Part shown: positions 45,316 through 47,615 of the stretch, piece by piece
Numbering within the stretch: the first letter of the stretch is position 1
How the letters are laid out: each line of letters begins with the position of its first letter
Origin: a virus
Taxonomy: Duplodnaviria; Caudoviricetes
Virus record (IMG/VR): IMGVR_UViG_3300036984_000055
Coordinates: 1-47,615 of that record
Length of the DNA: 47,615 bases
Direction: 5' to 3' (one strand)
Notes under the pieces: model-generated
The model's database searches: none
Told to the model about the DNA's origin: nothing
Seen by the model: only the letters and a program-made list of their open reading frames with translations
Program-made: the position numbers and the translations under genes

Positions 45316-47468
45316 TTTGTTTCTCCTTTTAACTGATATCTTGTTGTCTTACCTATTGGTTGACACACTATAAGATCATTTTGAAGTGCATCAAGACATT
45401 CATTTAGCTCTGAAGTTGTACATTTTTGATTTGTTTTTCTCTTGAGCTCTTCCATTGTGATCCAATACACACTTGGTGTTTCAAGAAATTTCTTAATGAT
45501 ATCAAAAACTAGTTTTTTTCTTTCTAACAATTTGTCTGTTTCAACTTTATTGATATCATATTCTCTAAGTTCTACAAAATTTTGAAGTGGGTTTTTGTTG
45601 TCTTCTATGTTTTTAATCTCAAATTCTAAAGGCTTAAAAAATGAAAGAGTGCCCTCTTTTGTAAGTTTTATTTGGACTATTTTGCTATTTTGATCAGTAT
45701 CAATTCTCTCAAGACCAAATGTGTAAGATACTTGAGCTCCCAATTGCTTTGAACCAGCATAACTATCTTGACTCTGTTCTATTTTTTTAAATTTTGTTGT
45801 TGGTGTTTTATTATTATGATGCAAAATTATGATAAACACATCTAAGTTTTCTGCCAAACTTTTTAGATAAGTAATAACTTTCATCATTTTTGTAACTTCA
45901 CCAGCATTAAAATCATCACCAGATGAAGCATAGAGACTGTCAAAAATGATTACTTTGAATTTTTTTCTTGAAATATATTCTTCAAAAAGTAATTGACTTA
46001 AAGGGTGAGACAAACTTAAATCAAAAGGTTCTAGGTTACTTTTCTTACATTCTTTTTGAAACGAACCTTTGTGATTGAACTCTAGATTTTCTTTGTTTTC
46101 TAAAGATTTGAAGAACCTATAGATATACTTTTGTTGAAATGTTTTACGTTGTTTATCAGCATTGAAATAAAATACTTTTACAGCTTTTCTTGGAGTAAAT
46201 CTATTGAACCAAAAAGTAGAGTTTGTAGAAAACCCCCTTGCTATGTCTAAAGCTGCCCAAGTTTTACCTACTCCATCTGAAGCAAAGAGCATAATTACTT
46301 CACCATGACAAGCAAAGTCTTTTTCTCTTACTAAGTTTTCAACATCTGGATCTATAGATTGTGAATTTCTCTCTAGGACTTGTATGTATTTCTCAATTTT
46401 TTGTTTTTTAGCAATCAAATCTTGTTGTTTCTCTATGTCTCGTTTTGAAATCTTAAAGAAAGCAAGCACATCTTTTGTCTTCTTTTCACCTTCACCAGAA
46501 TGATTACCATGTTGACAACAAAAACCCAACCCTAAACTTAAATTCTTTTGATTTGGTTCATAAATTACTGTCTGTTTAATGCCAGTATCTACAGAATGCA
46601 ATGAAGCCCAAGGACATTTCACTGAATGCATTCCATGACCTTCATCTTTTATGTACATATCTGCTTTTTTGAATTCTTTTATAGTGGCATCAAATAAAGC
46701 ATATTCCATGTCAGTTTGTTTGACTAAAGTTTGAGTAAGCTTCTGTTGCCCAAGAATTTCTTTGAATTTTTCTATAACATCTATTTCTTTTATTTTTTCA
46801 GGTACATAAATGAGTTTAGCGTATCTATATGGTCTTTCTATTGTGTTTTTACCCTTTCTTGCTTGAGTATAGTAACACTTCCATATTCTTGAGGGATCAG
46901 AAACCTTCAAATCTACTTCACAAAAATCATTATGAAATAGATTTTTCAAAAAATTAAGGATGACTTTGTAACTTTCTTGAATAGAGTTGTCGTAGTCAAT
47001 GGTTTTAATCATAAGATGCCAACCATTACCAGAAAAAGCAATTATGGGATCTATATTTCGTTGTTTTAAGAAATCAACAACTGTATCGCAAACTTTTTTA
47101 GACTTTTCTATTTCTTCATCTGTACACATTGCTTCTTTTTCAAGACAATTTTTTTTAGTGGTATCAATGTCTATCAAAAACCATTTTACCTTTTGAACGT
47201 CTTCTGATTTACCCCCTTCAATTCCTAACTTCATTTTGTTGTCAACTAAAAAATTCTCTCTTTTTCTAGGATTTGGAGCAACATATACGTTTGCAAATGT
47301 GTCATATCTTTTTATTTCTTCACAAGCTTTAGAAATGTCGTCAAAAAACCCAAGACTAATTCTTGGTAGATCTAGTGTCCTTATTTCAAAACAAGCATTT
47401 TTTAGGTCAAAATCAAGTAATTCTAAGTAAGACTTTAAGTCCCATTCTTTTTTCTTTCTAGTAATCAT
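45312..47468 (-). CDS. Primase-helicase (AEP-type primase + Zn-binding region + RepA/AAA_25-type helicase)
   Basis: FLIDID, SGNGWH, D..VSDPSRI; CPW...H...CQH..H; Walker A ASDGVGKT, Walker B IIFDSL, ILHH..K; GAGGAG RBS. Confidence 0.88.
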   Translation of the reverse strand: MITRKKKEWDLKSYLELLDFDLKNACFEIRTLDLPRISLGFFDDISKACEEIKRYDTFANVYVAPNPRKRENFLVDNKMKLGIEGGKSEDVQKVKWFLIDIDTTKKNCLEKEAMCTDEEIEKSKKVCDTVVDFLKQRNIDPIIAFSGNGWHLMIKTIDYDNSIQESYKVILNFLKNLFHNDFCEVDLKVSDPSRIWKCYYTQARKGKNTIERPYRYAKLIYVPEKIKEIDVIEKFKEILGQQKLTQTLVKQTDMEYALFDATIKEFKKADMYIKDEGHGMHSVKCPWASLHSVDTGIKQTVIYEPNQKNLSLGLGFCCQHGNHSGEGEKKTKDVLAFFKISKRDIEKQQDLIAKKQKIEKYIQVLERNSQSIDPDVENLVREKDFACHGEVIMLFASDGVGKTWAALDIARGFSTNSTFWFNRFTPRKAVKVFYFNADKQRKTFQQKYIYRFFKSLENKENLEFNHKGSFQKECKKSNLEPFDLSLSHPLSQLLFEEYISRKKFKVIIFDSLYASSGDDFNAGEVTKMMKVITYLKSLAENLDVFIIILHHNNKTPTTKFKKIEQSQDSYAGSKQLGAQVSYTFGLERIDTDQNSKIVQIKLTKEGTLSFFKPLEFEIKNIEDNKNPLQNFVELREYDINKVETDKLLERKKLVFDIIKKFLETPSVYWITMEELKRKTNQKCTTSELNECLDALQNDLIVCQPIGKTTRYQLKGETK

Positions 47469-47488
47469 TTTACTCTCCTCTTTAGTTT

Positions 47489-47615
47489 AGATGTGAATAC
47501 CAGACCCATGTACATAACACCCCTGCATTTTGTTAGACAGCGTGGTAGGTAGATTGTTTTCTTTGTAGTGTGTTTATATTCTTTTGTTTGTTTATTTATA
47601 TTTTTTTTTTTTTTT
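47489..47615. repeat. Terminal direct repeat, right copy
   Basis: Matches bases 1-127. Confidence 0.95.

Overview
The window is an apparently complete ~47.5 kb tailed-phage genome. Bases 1-127 recur at 47489-47615, as expected for a circular assembly overlap. It has a contractile tail (DUF3383-type sheath, baseplate J, spike), a DUF2213-type protease and DUF2184-type major capsid, portal, terminase and an AEP-primase/SF4-helicase replicon. I could not recognise an integrase, endolysin, tRNA or CRISPR array. Main points: (1) a candidate virion-glycosylation system: six Thr-rich collagen-like structural ORFs (~20% of the genome), a 1113-aa multi-glycosyltransferase with TPRs, and a SAM methyltransferase; (2) one GT-B glycosyltransferase appears split into N- and C-halves on opposite strands, either side of the replication module; (3) the large terminase carries a 329-aa intein whose HNH endonuclease is overprinted in another reading frame with its own RBS; (4) the terminase Walker A region has no canonical start and lies in the -1 frame of the small terminase; (5) the head-fibre genes share repeated modules that suggest a chained or branched fibre; (6) a small TIR/TSD insertion and gene remnants. 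All family assignments come from motif recognition by eye, not database searches.
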